A stretch of DNA of 63,557 nucleotides, counting the filler, from Reticulomyxa filosa (Eukaryota; Protista; Foraminifera), in NCBI GenBank assembly GCA_000512085.1. It is 14 parts of 14 records of this genome, joined end to end, with 100 filler letters (N's around TTAATTAATTAA, not from the genome) between each part and the next. Parts side by side here need not be neighbours in the genome. Positions count along the whole stretch, not along the records: positions 61,947 to 63,557 come from ASPP01036018.1; 13 more parts are not named here. One strand, 5' to 3'. The position numbers were made by a program, and so were the translations under genes. Each line of letters starts with the position of its first letter. Position 1 is the first letter of the stretch. Of the stretch, positions 62,896 to 63,557 are shown in pieces. The notes beneath the pieces are model-generated. The model saw nothing but the letters and a program-made list of their open reading frames with translations. It was not told where the DNA came from and did not search any database.

Positions 62896-63557
62896 CTTTT
62901 TTCCTCTTTAAGGTTTGATTATCAATCTTAAAGATTATGATTTTTTTAGAGTTTTTTTTTAAACGTGATAATTCCTGTTTCTTCAGTTAACCCCTTATCT
63001 TGAGAAAACATTTTTACAACCACTCAATCTTTTTTAGATATTTGAGATAAAGATATTTGTGATAGATTTTTCTCAAAAAAAACCTTTGTGGCTTGCATGC
63101 AAAGGGGAAAAAAAATTAACAAAAGCCCTTTAGAATCTTTTTTGTATATGAAGCCATGCAATACCTCTTTTGAATGGTATAAAAAAAATATTATGCCTAC
63201 ACACAGAAACTAAAAGAAAATCGCATCAAAAAGGATACCGTTAAACTCAAAATACATAATCTCAATGTATGTTTAAAAATAACAATACCAACAATTGAAC
63301 AAAGTTGTTGAAATAGCGCATGATTATAAGTAGAAACCTCACTTGTGGCAATTTATCAGAAAAATTTTGAATATTCTCAATAAACATGTTCTTACAAACA
63401 AAATTATTACATGTCAGTGCCGTTTTGCAATCTAATCTGGATATTTAATAGGAATTGTTTAAAACAATCACTATATAAATCAAGGAATAAACTATTAATA
63501 TTGGAAAACGACATAAAAGTCAATGGCATTGCATAATAATTTAAAAGAGAATTTATT

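Overview
This window is not one locus. It is a concatenation of 14 short contigs joined by 13 identical 100-bp artificial linkers (44 N + TTAATTAATTAA + 44 N), so gene neighbourhood means nothing across linkers. Thirteen contigs are AT-rich eukaryotic DNA with short GT-AG introns full of poly-A/T and (TA)n tracts. The expanded kelch-like and TRAF/RING-like families strongly resemble those of the foraminiferan Reticulomyxa filosa (inference from family recognition). They carry POLE2/DPB2, BET3, EFL1, an RPA49-like gene, Mss4, a CaMK-type kinase, a HECT ligase, a USP9/24/34-like gene, a syntaxin, a tandem-PX protein, two C2H2 paralogues, two fucosyltransferase-like genes, a 7TM protein, decayed LINE fragments and non-autonomous TIR elements. 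One contig (10036-11514) is GC-rich betaproteobacterial DNA (queG 3' end, GNAT, phaJ/MaoC, etfB 5' end). The most striking object is a cleanly spliced five-exon gene at 13608-15067. It encodes a 364-aa protein with an MGLCC acylation motif, a 3/3 globin domain and a C-terminal RGS domain, i.e. a candidate membrane-anchored haem/O2-sensing regulator of G-protein signalling. The ORF track splits this gene into unrelated-looking pieces. Second is a large, probably extracellular protein (7893-9935) with SPTY/SPTE repeats, a tandem pair of an unrecognised Cys/Trp domain, a TSP1 domain and a phosphophoryn-like Ser/Asp tail.
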